This document shows, one piece after another, positions 1-10,975 of a stretch of DNA of 64,000 nt. The first letter of the stretch is position 1; each line of letters starts with the position of its first letter. The stretch is from Macrostomum lignano. Taxonomy: Eukaryota. A program made the translations under genes and the position numbers. The stretch is taken from positions 744,001 through 808,000 of the forward strand of contig NIVC01000089.1 of the NCBI GenBank assembly GCA_002269645.1. The letters are read 5' to 3'. The notes beneath the pieces are model-generated. The model made no database searches and was not told the DNA's origin. It was given only the letters and a program-made list of their open reading frames with translations.

Positions 1-170
1 TGTGTTCTGGGTGACCCGGTATGAGCAACAGGTGTGGGTTCTGGGTGACCCGGTATGAGCAACAGGTGTGGGTTCTGGGTGACCCGGTATGAGCAACAGG
101 TGTGTTCTGGGTGGCCCGGTATGAGCAACAGGTATGTGGGTTCTGGGTGACCCGGTATGAACAACAGGTG
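1..170. repeat. Minisatellite, ~34-bp unit TGTGGGTTCTGGGTGACCCGGTATGAGCAACAGG (cut by window edge)
   Basis: About five tandem copies. Confidence 0.9.
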
Positions 171-841
171 TAAGTCAAGTGACCCAATGAAACTTAGCGA
201 GCCAGTGAATTAATGACCAAGTCTCCAAACAAACGGTTATTTAAAAAGAAAAAAATATAATTTGTGCCAAGTATAAATATGTAATTAAAAATATGTAATT
301 AATTAAAGCGAAAAAACTTAACAGAAAAAAATCACATTCGAAATGACCGCATGCGTTCGCGGAAGAAACTCTGCGTTTGAATAAACAGGCCACGCGGTTT
401 AGAAAAACGAAAACGCATTCTGACTACTGTTAGTAGCAGAATATTTAGACGAAAAGCGTACAAGTTTGCCACAGACTCTGAAATGACTTCGATATAAATA
501 AATAAACGGAATGTTTAAAACAGAAAAGGCGAAATAGTCTGTCAGCTGTCAGTGTGTTGGTGGAATTTTATCGATTAACTGAAATAGGAAAATCACAGGA
601 AGTTCAACCAGCCGCAAGGATTGTAGAAGCACGCTAGTAAAAATAAATATTAATTGAAAAATATTAAACATGAAGACATTGTGTGGATTGGTTTGTTTTA
701 GGCAAAAATTTTAGGTTTGTTTTTTAACTAATTAGGAAAAATGTACTCTGCAAAACTGAAGTTAGTGTATAAAAATTTAAGGTACATCAGTATGTTATGA
801 AAGCAAAGCACACCTTGAGCAAAATGCTTTGTGCACCTGTC

Positions 842-1303
842 AGCACAGATACTAGAATAACTAAGATGGGCCACTCAGCACATTTGCGTGTAAGCTACTT
901 TCAGTTCAGTAGTAAGTTAAACTGAAGCATTTTAATGTATTTTTAAAGCCAAGGCTGATTTATTGACTCCTACCCCCCCCCCGCTTACACCCTCGACCCG
1001 CGCCTTTCCACACTACCCCCCCCCGCGTCGCCCCAATTTTTATTGCCTTTCTCAGAATTCCAGCCTAAAGCTGCCATGTACATTTCAGTGGACTGGCCAA
1101 TGTACAATACTGCTGAACCAATTAGCAAGTTGTTTACGCCTGCAAGCTTGTTAGGCTTCTAAACTTATCAAAGTCATTTCAGCTGGCTTTACTTTTATAA
1201 AATAGCTTATGTATTCTTCTTTGCTACTGAACTGAAAGTAGAAAGCTGTTTTTCTAATGATAGACGCCTGAGTGGCCCATCTAGTTAATTTAGAATCTGT
1301 GCT
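842..1303. mobile_element. MITE with ~35-bp TIRs (CACAGATACTAGAATAACTAGATGGGCCACTCAG), copy 1
   Basis: Terminal inverted repeats at ~844-878 and ~1268-1301; the interior is a reverse-complement match to 62491-62950. Confidence 0.75.
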
Positions 1304-1429
1304 TCCAGCAGCAGCTCAGTGTATGAGTGTGTATTATGAATGAAGATCAGAACTGCATCGTTATTGATTTAAATTTTAATGTTTTTTAAAGGAAAGGCAC
1401 AGCCTAGTTATAAAAGAAACTAAACTGGA

Positions 1430-1722
1430 AATAAGTGACTCTAGAGGACTCTAAAACGAGATGTCATGGAAAAGGGCCCCCCAAAGTTCGTCAAAGAGTT
1501 GTCTAAGAGTCAGTTTGAGACGTTTAGATAGTCTGCGACTCGGGGGCGGTTCTGTAATGACCCCGGGGCCGTAATGTGAGGCGTGCTGGAGACGCTATGG
1601 AGTCACTGAGTTGCGTTTAAGGCGCAACTGCGTCACTTTGCAACTCACGTGATGCGCTCGTGACTCAAAAGTCGTATTTAAGTCGCTAAAAAGTCACACG
1701 AGTCGCCCCAGAGTCACGGTAA
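1430..1722. repeat. GACTC/GAGTC-rich dispersed repeat (related segments at ~5675-5840, ~6395-6730, ~9985-10140, ~10485-10565 and, inverted, ~22410-22510)
   Basis: Shared blocks such as GTCAAAGAGTTGTCTAA, CTGAGTTGCGT...GCGCA(A/T)CTGCGTCACTT and CTAAAAAGTCAC. Confidence 0.65.
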
Positions 1723-2078
1723 CGTTTTCAATGGGTTATGAATATAGATCAGAACTACATCGTTGATGATATAAATTCAGATTTCTCTAAGAAACAAAGG
1801 CACAGCCCAGTTAACTGAAATGGTTATCAGCCGCACTTATTTATGCAATTGTGGATTAGCGATAGTGGAACATACAGGCATATATAGAGACTAAAAAAAG
1901 ACAGATTGTCCGGCAGAAGACCTGAAGACTCGCTTACATCATCATCATTAGCCCTCTAAAAAATAAGATTTGGAACACAAATAAACATAGAAAAAATGCC
2001 AGAATTTGAATTAATTTACAGCAGGTAAAAATAGCCCCAGCAACAAGCGCCCCAGCTACATAGCAACAACCAATGAGT

Positions 2079-5000
2079 CTAGAACGGTCGCTTACGGAGC
2101 AGCATTGACAACAGTGGAATTCCAACTACAGCGGAGCCGCACACCGCAGCTGCTGCCAGCATCAACGGCGACAAGCCAGCGGCTCCGCCCTGATTGGCGA
2201 CCGCCGTCTCCCTGCTGGCCAGCTGCTCAGCGAATTCTTGTCGCTGCCGCTCCAGCTGCTCAGCCATCTCCAGCTCGTGCTCGCGAACTAGACTGACCCG
2301 TTCCAGCTGCCACTGCTCAGCACCATCAGGCCCAGACTGGTCAGCAAGCTCTCGCCGTTCCAGCCGCTCCTGTTCAAGCTGCATCTCCGTCTGCATCAGT
2401 TGAGTACGAAGCTGCTGCTGCTCAACCTGCAGCTGCTCAATCTGCTGCTCGGTATTTTCCTGCGACTCCTCAACTTTATGCTGGCTTCGAAGTTGGCGCT
2501 CCAGTTTAAGCATTTGCTCTTCGTGCAAATTTTGCAGTCTTTCAACTTCTACTTTATGACTTTGCTGTTGCTGCTGCAGCTGCTTCTGCAGCTCGTCTTG
2601 CTGTACTTGCTTTAGCTGCTCTAGCTGATCTTGGTAATCGATCTCCTGACTTTGCCGTTGCTGCTGCTGCAACTCTTTGCGAAGGTCTTGCCGTTGCTGC
2701 TCCAGCTGAATTTGATAGTCTTGTTGACGCACTTTCAACTGCTGCTGAAGCTCTTGCACCCTGTGCTGGTGCTGCAACTCAACTTCTTCCCGTTGCTTAA
2801 GGCTTTCCTCTTCATGTTTATGGTGCTGCAGCTCCAACAGCTTTCGGTACTCTTCCCGCTTCTGCTCCAGCTGTTGTTTGTAGTACTCTAGCTGCTCAAG
2901 CACCTGCTCCTCAATATGTTGGTCATTTACTTTATTTTGGTATTCTTCTTGAAGCTTGCTACGCTGTTCTTCGAGCTGTTGCTCCTCCAGCTGTTGCTGA
3001 TGCTCTTCACTGAGCTTATTCTGCTGCTCTTCCAGCTGTTGCTGATGCTCTTCACTGAGCTTATTCTGCTGCTCTTCCAGCTGTTGCTGATGCTCTTCAC
3101 TGAGCTTCTTCTGCTGCTCTTCCAGCTGTTGCTGATGCTCTTCACTGAGCTTCTTCTGCTGCTCCTCCAGCTGTTGCTGATGCTCTTCACTGAGCTTCTT
3201 CTGCTGCTCCTCTAGCTGTTGCTGATACTCTTCACTGAGCTTCTTCTGCTGCTCCTCCAGCTGTTGGTTAAGTTCTTGACGTAGAATTTTCTTTTGTTCT
3301 TCTAAATTTTGCCGATGTTCTTCAGTCAGAATTTGCAGCTGCTGCTCATTTGCAATATGATTTTGTTCATCTTGGTGCACAGAAGTTTGCCCACGAGATG
3401 GTCCTCTCGGTTGGTTCTGAAGCATGACCTGCTCGCCTCGCCGTTTTCCCTGCATATTATTTTGCTGCTGATCCAACTGCTGCTGAGGCTGCTTCTGTCG
3501 CAGCTCTACTTGCTCTTCGTACCGCTCTTGAAGCTTCTTTAGCTGCTTCTCGAGCTGCTCATAGTCATACTGCAAGTTTTGATACTTCTGCCGATGCTGC
3601 TCTTCTTGCTGAGCCTGCATCGCCTCCTGCTTCTTGCGCTGCTGTTTGCGCGTCACAATCTCGAGCGCCTGCAGCTCTTGACGGTATTTGTCTCGCAGCT
3701 GTTGCAGCTGCTCCCGCAACTCATCCTGGTGCTTTTCTTGCATAGCTTTCTCCTGTTGCTTTAATTGCATTTGGTGCTGCTCTTCTAGCTCTTGCTGTTG
3801 CCGCAGTAACTGCTGCTTCAGCTGTTCTTGGTTCTGCAACGGCTCTACGGCCTGGTCTTGAGCTTGCTGCTCCTGCATCGGCAGCTTCTGCTGCCGAGAC
3901 AGAGACAACAAATCTTGTTTCAGCCTAGCTTGCTCCTCTAGCAATGCATTCTCCCGTTCTTTCTGCTCAAACAACTGCAACTCCAATTCTTTGTCCTTCC
4001 GCGATAACTGCTGGTAATCTTCCTCAAGTGCTTTCTGCTCCTGGCGGTGCTTATCCTGCAGCTCCGCTAATTGCTGCTTCAGCTGATTCTCATGCTGCTC
4101 CTGCAGCGCCTGCCGCTGCTCATCCAGCTGTGCCTGATAGTTTTGCAGAAGTGAGCTATCGAGAAGCTGCATCTGCTCTTTGCCTGACTCAGACTTCTGT
4201 GCATCCGACTCTTCATACAGCCGAGTAGGCTGCTCATTATCCGAGCTAATATCTTGAAAGTACACTTCGTTAAACACATTCAACAGCTCCGCCGGCTGCT
4301 CTGAGTCTGAATGCTCATCCTGTCTCTGGCATTGGATGGGAAGAAACAGCATCCGCTGCTCAACAGGCTTGGATTTGTCCTGCTCCTGAAATTGTAGCAG
4401 ATCAATAAGTTAGCGGAATGAGAAAATTCAGTTTTATAACTTAATAACTGTCAAGCATGTAAAGTCTCAGTGCTTTGGGGCTGGCTCTCATGGGTGTGAA
4501 CCGAACGAAAAATCTCAAATGTCAATTTTCGTTTAAACTAGCAATCTACGCCCCCCGTTGGGGAGCCAAAGAAATGCAATACACGTTTTTTAATAAGCTA
4601 CATGTATCCTTGAAATCTTAAAAAATCTCCTGTCAAACCTTGTAAGCCTTGACATGTCAGTAATCCCCCCACAAGCTTTAACATATCAACTTCCCCCCTT
4701 GACATCTCAGCAATGCCCCCAATAAGCCTTTGGAAATCTAAAAATATCTGTCAACCTTCTAACCCTAACCCTAGCCTAACCCTAACCCTAGCCTAACCCT
4801 AACCCTAACCTAACCCTAACCCTAACCCTAACCCTAAAGCATTGAAATTTCAGTAATTCTCTCTAAGAGTCATTATAGCACTACTACAGCATTATAGTGA
4901 TTCCCTGCAAGCCTCGACCTCGTAGGGATTCCCAAATTAATCTCTTAACTTCGACATGAAGCTTCTTTTATTTTTTACATTACGCTTTTTTATCAGCGAT

Positions 5001-8000
5001 CCCTCCCCTGAGGAGGCATCAAATAATGTAATAAAAAGTTTTCAATAAACTACATGTAGCTTCTGACTTTAGCCTTGAAATCTCATTTATACCCCCGTGA
5101 GCCTTGACATCTCAGCTATTCCCCCCGTAAGCCTTGACATGTCAGCGATGGCCCTCATAAACCTTGAAATCTAAAAATCCCCTGTTAACCTTGAAACCCG
5201 ATAAAATCTAACCCTCAACCCACACCTGACCTAAACCTAACTTTAACCCAACCTAAAGCCTTGAAATCTCAGCAATTCTTCTCCCTTAAGCCTTGACATT
5301 TTAGTGATTCCTTCTTTAAGAATCACAGCACTATAACGATTTCCACCAAGCTTTGACATCGTAGCAATTCCCAAATGAATCTTTTAACTTCGACATGACT
5401 TTTCTTTTATGTATACATAGTGCTACTTTTATTTTTTACATGACTCTTCTTCTATCAGCGCCCCCCGTGGCGAGCCAACAAAGAATGTAATAAAAAAATT
5501 GAGTAAAGTACATGCACTTTGAAGTAGCTTCTGACTTTTGCTTTGACATCTCAGAATCCCCCCCCCGTAATCTCAGTTATTCTCTGAGAGCCTTTACGTC
5601 TCAGTTTTTCTCCCCAGCACAGCATTATAGCTGCATTTAATTTTTACATGACACCCTTCATGTCTGACATGAGAAGTGACTCTATGACGACTCTAAGGCC
5701 ACGAGATGTCGCGGTAAAAATTAGCACTAAAAAGTCGTCAACTCTAACAACTCTATTTAGTCTACCGTCGCATTGCAGTCGGTTGAGTTGCTAAAAAGTC
5801 ACAAGAGAGTCGCCCCAGACTCGCTAGACTCGCTAGTAAGTTATTTGCGATCAGATTTATTGTCTATTACAAGACGCAAAATTGCCTATTGCGATTGGCA
5901 GGTACCATGCAGTTCAGGAACTACTGTTCAGGAAGATCAGCGCTCACCCCAACCAATCCTGTCACAGAGCCCTCGGCCATGGAACCCCCGTGAAGCGAGC
6001 CTTCCGCCGTGAACGCAACGCCTGCAGAGGTGTCAGCGTCCTGGCTGAAATCTTCCGGATTCGAGTCCGCTTTGCTTTGCCTGCCGTCTGAGGCATCCAG
6101 CGTAGACCTCTGAGAACTTATTGACTGATTGGACAGCCTGACAGCCTGTGTGAAGCGGTATTTGTGTCAGACATGCAATCGCACCTAGGTAACAAATGAA
6201 TTTCAAGAATAAAAAACTGAATTCTGCTTGAATCAGAATTTCAACCTTGACTAGCAGTACAAGCTAGCTATTAGACACTACCGTGACCAGAAAACACTGC
6301 AGACATGGAAGTGGCATTCCCAAGAAAATGGGGCCATTCCAAGTCCAAAAATAGTTAATGAAAACCTCACCCGTCCCACAGTCACTTGTGTCGCCCTAGA
6401 GTCGTAGGTAACACAGGTAAAACAGGAAAGAAGTGACTCTAGTCTACTCTGAAACGACTCTGAGGCGCTGATTTAATGACTATGGGGCCGTACAGTCGTA
6501 TCTGAGCCGTGCCGGAGTCGCTGCAGAATCGCTGAGTTGCGTCTGAAGCGCATCTGCGTCACTTGATGAATTTAGAATAGCATTTGGCATTTATAACAAC
6601 TCTGTTTAGTCTACTTGAGTCAGTAGTAAGCTAAACGCTAACACAACGACTCTTTCACGATTCGTGACTCAACAGCCGCCTCTCCGTCGCATTGCAGTCG
6701 TTTAGATTGTTAAAAAGTCACTAGAGCTTACGTGGCATCCTTAGTAAATGTGATATTTGAAACTACCGCCCCACTAATCTACATATTGTACTGAAATAAA
6801 ACACAAAAAAGCAAACTCACCTGCTCAATATAGTACTCCAACTGTTGAGCCAGCGGCCCGTCTGTCTGAGTCTGCTGCTGCTGCCCAGGCTGCTCGGGCT
6901 CCTGCACCTGGTCCAACAGACGCTCGAGCCGGCTTAGCATGGCCTCGTCGCAGACCACTGGAGCAGCCAGGCTGACGCCCGCAACCGTGGATGACAGGTC
7001 GGAGAACACCCGGTTGAGCTCGCTGAGTCGCTCGTCTAATCGACGCTCCCGTCGAAGCGATTCGGCGAGGCACTGCGCGATGGCGGCGGTTGCACCGGCG
7101 TTGGCGACCTCGGAGGCTGGCGAGTCGGTCACGGAGGTGTCCTCGGAGCTGGCGGTGCTGCACACAGAGCCTGGTGCGGACGGCTGCTCCGGCGGTCGAA
7201 CCGCTTCGGTGCCGTCCGGATGGAACAGCTGGACGCGGGCAACGATGCTGTTGTGCGTCACCTGCGGCAAAATGAGTCAGCAACTGGGTTGTGCTACTTA
7301 TAGTAGCCTATGGCTTTAGGGAATAAATAACTAGATTGGGCAAGAATTGCTATAAAGGAAGGAGGCAGAAATCTCTATTGGCCGTAATATTTAGCACGGC
7401 AGGTGAGAATTTTAGTGAACATGACCCCCGATTTTTCAATAGAGGGCAGCTGACACCCTTGACCTCCCCTGGTTGGAGTCTTTATCGCAGTCAAACAATA
7501 ATTGCAAATACCAGGGGGAGACAGCGACATCTGAGTGTCAGGGGCACCCGTTTCGATTTGGGGCACCACTTTCGGTAGGGGGGGGGCACCACTTTCGGTA
7601 GGGGGGGGGGGCATCACTTTCGGTGGGGGGGCACCACTTTCGGTAGGGGGGCATCACTTTCGGTGGGGGGCACCACTTTCGGTAGGGGGGCATCACTTTC
7701 GGTGGGGGGCATCACTTTCGGTAGGGGGGCATCACTTTCGGTGGGGGGCACCACTTTCGGTAGGGGGGCATCACTTTCGGTGGGGGGCACCACTTTCGGT
7801 AGGGGGGCATCACTTTCGGTAGGGGGCATCACTTTCGGTGGGGGGCACCACTTTCGGTAGGGGGGCACCACTTTCGGTAGGGGGGCATCACTTTCAGTAG
7901 GGGCAACACTTTCGGTGGGGGGGGCACCACTTTCGGTAGGGGGGCATCACTTTCAGTAGGGGGCACCACTTTCGGTAGGGGGGCATCACTTTCGGTGGGG

Positions 8001-9842
8001 GGCACCACTTTTGGTAGGGGGCATCACTTTCGGTGGAGGGGCACCAATTTCGGTAGGGGGCATCACTTTCGGTGGGGGGCATCACTTTCGGTGGAGGGGC
8101 ACCAATTTCGGTAGGGGGGCATCACTTTCGGTGGGGGGGCATCACTTTCGGTAGGGGGGGCACCACTTTCGGTAGGGGGGCATCACTTTCGGTGGGGGGG
8201 GCACCACTTTCGGTAGGGGGGCACCACTTTCGGTGGGGGGGCACCACTTTCGGTAGGGGGGCATCACTTTCAGTAGGGGGCAACACTTTCGGTGGGGGGG
8301 GCACCACTTTCGGTAGGGGGCATCACTTTCAGTAGGGGCACCACTTTCGGTAGGGGGCATCACTTTCGGTGGGGGGCACCACTTTCGGTAGGGGGGCATC
8401 ACTTTCGGTGGAGGGGCACCAATTTCGGTAGGGGGGCATCACTTTCGGTGGGGGGCATCACTTTCGGTGGAGGGGCACCAATTTCGGTAGGGGGGCATCA
8501 CTTTCGGTGGGGGGGCACCAATTTCGGTAGGGGGCATCACTTTCGGTAGGGGGGCATCACTTTCGGTAGGGGGGGCACCACTTTCGGTGGGGGGGCACCA
8601 CTTTCGGTAGGGGGGCATCACTTTCGGTGGGGGGGCATCACTTTCGGTGGGGGGGCATCACTTTCGGTGGGGGGCACCACTTTCGGTAGGGGGGCATCAC
8701 TTTCGGTGGGGGGGGGGCACCAATTTCGGTAGGGGGGCATCACTTTCGGTGGGGGGGCACCACTTTCGGTAGGGGGGCATCACTTTCGGTAGGGGGGCAC
8801 CACTTTCGGTAGGGGGGCATCACTTTCGGTGGGGGGGCATCACTTTCGGTAGGGGGGGGCACCACTTTCGGTAGGGGGCATCACTTTCGGTGGGGGGCAT
8901 CACTTTCGGTGGGGGGGGCATCACTTTCGGTGGGGGGCACCACTTTCGGTAGGGGGGCATCACTTTCGGTGGGGGGGCATCACTTTCGGTGGGGGGGCAT
9001 CACTTTCGGTGGGGGGCACCACTTTCGGTAGGGGGCATCACTTTCGGTAGGGGGGACACCACTTTCGGTAGGGGGCATCACTTTCGGTGGGGGGGGCACC
9101 ACTTTCGGTAGGGGGGGGGGGGGGCACCACTTTCGGTAGGGGGGCATCACTTTCGGTGGGGGGGCACCACTTTCGGTAGGGGGGCATCACTTTCGGTGGG
9201 GGGGCACCACTTTCGGTAGGGGGCATCACTTTCGGTGGGGGGGCACCACTTTCGGTAGGGGGCATCACTTTCAGTAGGGGGCAACACTTTCGGTGGGGGG
9301 GGCACCACTTTCGGTGGGGGTCACCACTTCCGGTGGGGGCACCACTTTCGGCGGGGGGCACCACTTTTGGTAGGGGGGCAACACTTTCGGTGGGGGGGAA
9401 CCACTTTTGGTGACCGGGGAGCGATCTATAAAAGCATTCCCAATTTCCCATGACGCACCTGTTTAGTCGAGTCGACTACTTCAACGCCGAGCTGCAGGAG
9501 GTCGCCGCTGTACAGTGGCTCCGGCTTGCTGGCCTGGGTGCTGGGGCTGAGGCGGCGCCCATTAACAAATGTGCCATTAGCGCTACCAGCGTCAACAATA
9601 AAAAACCCGGCATCTTTATAATAGATGCTGCCATGATCCCGGCTGAGGACTCGACAGTCGAATATTGCGTTGCCAGGCTCGGCGCGTTGCTTAGCAACTG
9701 CTCGGCCAATTTTAACAGTTAACGAATCGTCATCTAGTGTCAACCGGCGAGGCTCAAACAGTGACGATTTTGTACTCGGACAGAGGAGGATGACCGGATG
9801 TCCGGACGGCTGCTCGGACAGCTCACCAGAGGTGACGCTCAT
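2079..9842 (-). CDS. SLMAP: SLMAP-like protein (N-terminal FHA domain, long coiled coil, C-terminal tail anchor), ~1100 aa
   Basis: Predicted exons (minus): 9459-9842, 6821-7261, 5948-6109, 2079-4385, all phase 0 with GT-AG borders. Exon 1 encodes an FHA domain (VKIGRAVAKQRAEPGNAIFDCRVLSRDHG...IVDAGSANGTFVNG...GDLLQLGV). Exon 2 starts VTHNSIVARVQLFHPDGTEA, matching SLMAP. The last exon is a Q/E-rich coiled coil ending in a hydrophobic segment plus RKRPF. Confidence 0.9.
4550..5650. repeat. Dispersed repeat built from ~450-bp degenerate units containing (CCCTAA)n-like tracts; in SLMAP intron 3
   Basis: Telomere-like run at ~4762-4816; internal recurrences at ~4550, ~4995 and ~5455; ~4685-5430 is nearly identical to 44222-44945. 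Confidence 0.8.
7559..9416. repeat. G-rich minisatellite, ~20-bp unit GGCA(C/T)CACTTTCGGT(A/G)GGGG; SLMAP intron 1
   Basis: About 1.85 kb of tandem units with variable G-run length. Confidence 0.97.
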
Positions 9843-10153
9843 TTTGCTGTGCTGCTGGCTGGCTGAGCTCACCACAGTAGCCGCAGGCTCATTTGCAGCA
9901 AAGAGGAACCAGAACAGGATTCTGATCCAATTGAATACTAAATAGGCACTATTCCCAGAATTTGGTGAATTCCCAGAAAAACAATTAGATGTCACAGTAC
10001 GAGTCGCTAAAAAGTTGTCAAAGAGTTGTCTAAAAGTCAATTTGAGGCGTTTCATTGTCTGTGACTCTGAACAACTCTGGTGTGACGCAAGTGACTCAGG
10101 GGTGTCTCTATAATGACTCTGAGGCCATAGAGTTCTATTTAGAACTATTTTTT

Positions 10154-10352
10154 GTGTCCTTAAGCAAGACACTTAACTCTGCATTGCTTCAGTTCACCCA
10201 GCTGTAAAATGGGTGCCAGCATTAGCTGGGGTAATTGAGAGTGCATGTGGTAACCCCTGAGTCCTTGGACTGAACAGCCATATATAGCCTTCAGATGTGG
10301 CGCACAATAGCTGTGGCTAAGTTATCGGTTGCACATCTGGCCCAATTGGGGC
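10154..10352 (+). mobile_element. SINE family B copy lacking the tRNA head
   Basis: GTGTCCTTAAGCAAGACACTTAACTCTGCATTGCTTCAGTTCACCCAGCTGTAAAATGGG...CCTTCAGATG. Confidence 0.7.
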
Positions 10353-10773
10353 ACATACATGTAATCAATTATTTTTTATTATTATTCATATCTAGATATT
10401 GTTAGTAGAAAGCTAAGCATTAAAAAAGCAACTTTTAACCAATTTTTACAACTTTTTTAAAATTCTGAAACTCACATGATGAGCTTGTGACTCAATAGTC
10501 ACCTCTGTTGCATTGTAGTTGTTTGAGTCACTAAAAGTCATGAGGTCACCCTAGAATCACTAGTAAATTGTTTGGAATTACTCTACCAATGCTTGTCCTA
10601 ATGATATTTTAACAGAACCTTCTTCATGCAAAAAATTTATATCTTACTGACAAAACCTGATTTAGCAAATAAAAAGGCCAGAATGGACAAAGCTAAAAAG
10701 TTAAACTCAAACTCTACTCAAAACCTATACAGAAACAAGTATGACCTAGATAAATGACTTTTAATTTAATTAT

Positions 10774-10975
10774 ATTAATTAAGTATATCATACGCGCGCA
10801 ACCTTGGGAATCACCCGGCCGTTTCTATTGGCAACACACACATGTAAGTCGCTATTGGCTGAGAGCAGTCACGTGACTACTATTCTGTCCAATAGCGACA
10901 TACACGTGTGTGTTGCCAATAGAAACGGCCGAGTGAATCCCAAGGTTGCGCCCAAGCATGAAGTATATTAATTAT
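10774..10975. mobile_element. Palindromic foldback/MITE centred on AGTCACGTGACT
   Basis: Arms GCGCAACCTTGGGAATCACCCGGCCGTTTCTATTGGCAACACACAC / GTGTGTGTTGCCAATAGAAACGGCCGAGTGAATCCCAAGGTTGCGC; second copy at 14478-14648. Confidence 0.8.

Noticed and set aside
2400-3764. Leu-rich plus-strand ORFs resembling membrane proteins
   Set aside because: They are antisense shadows of the Gln/Glu-rich SLMAP exon.
4762-4816. Telomeric repeat as a chromosome end or fusion scar
   Set aside because: It is short, intronic and embedded in a dispersed repeat duplicated at 44222-44945.
7535-9451. Many Pro/Gly-rich ORFs in the track
   Set aside because: They are translations of the G-rich 20-bp array inside an intron.
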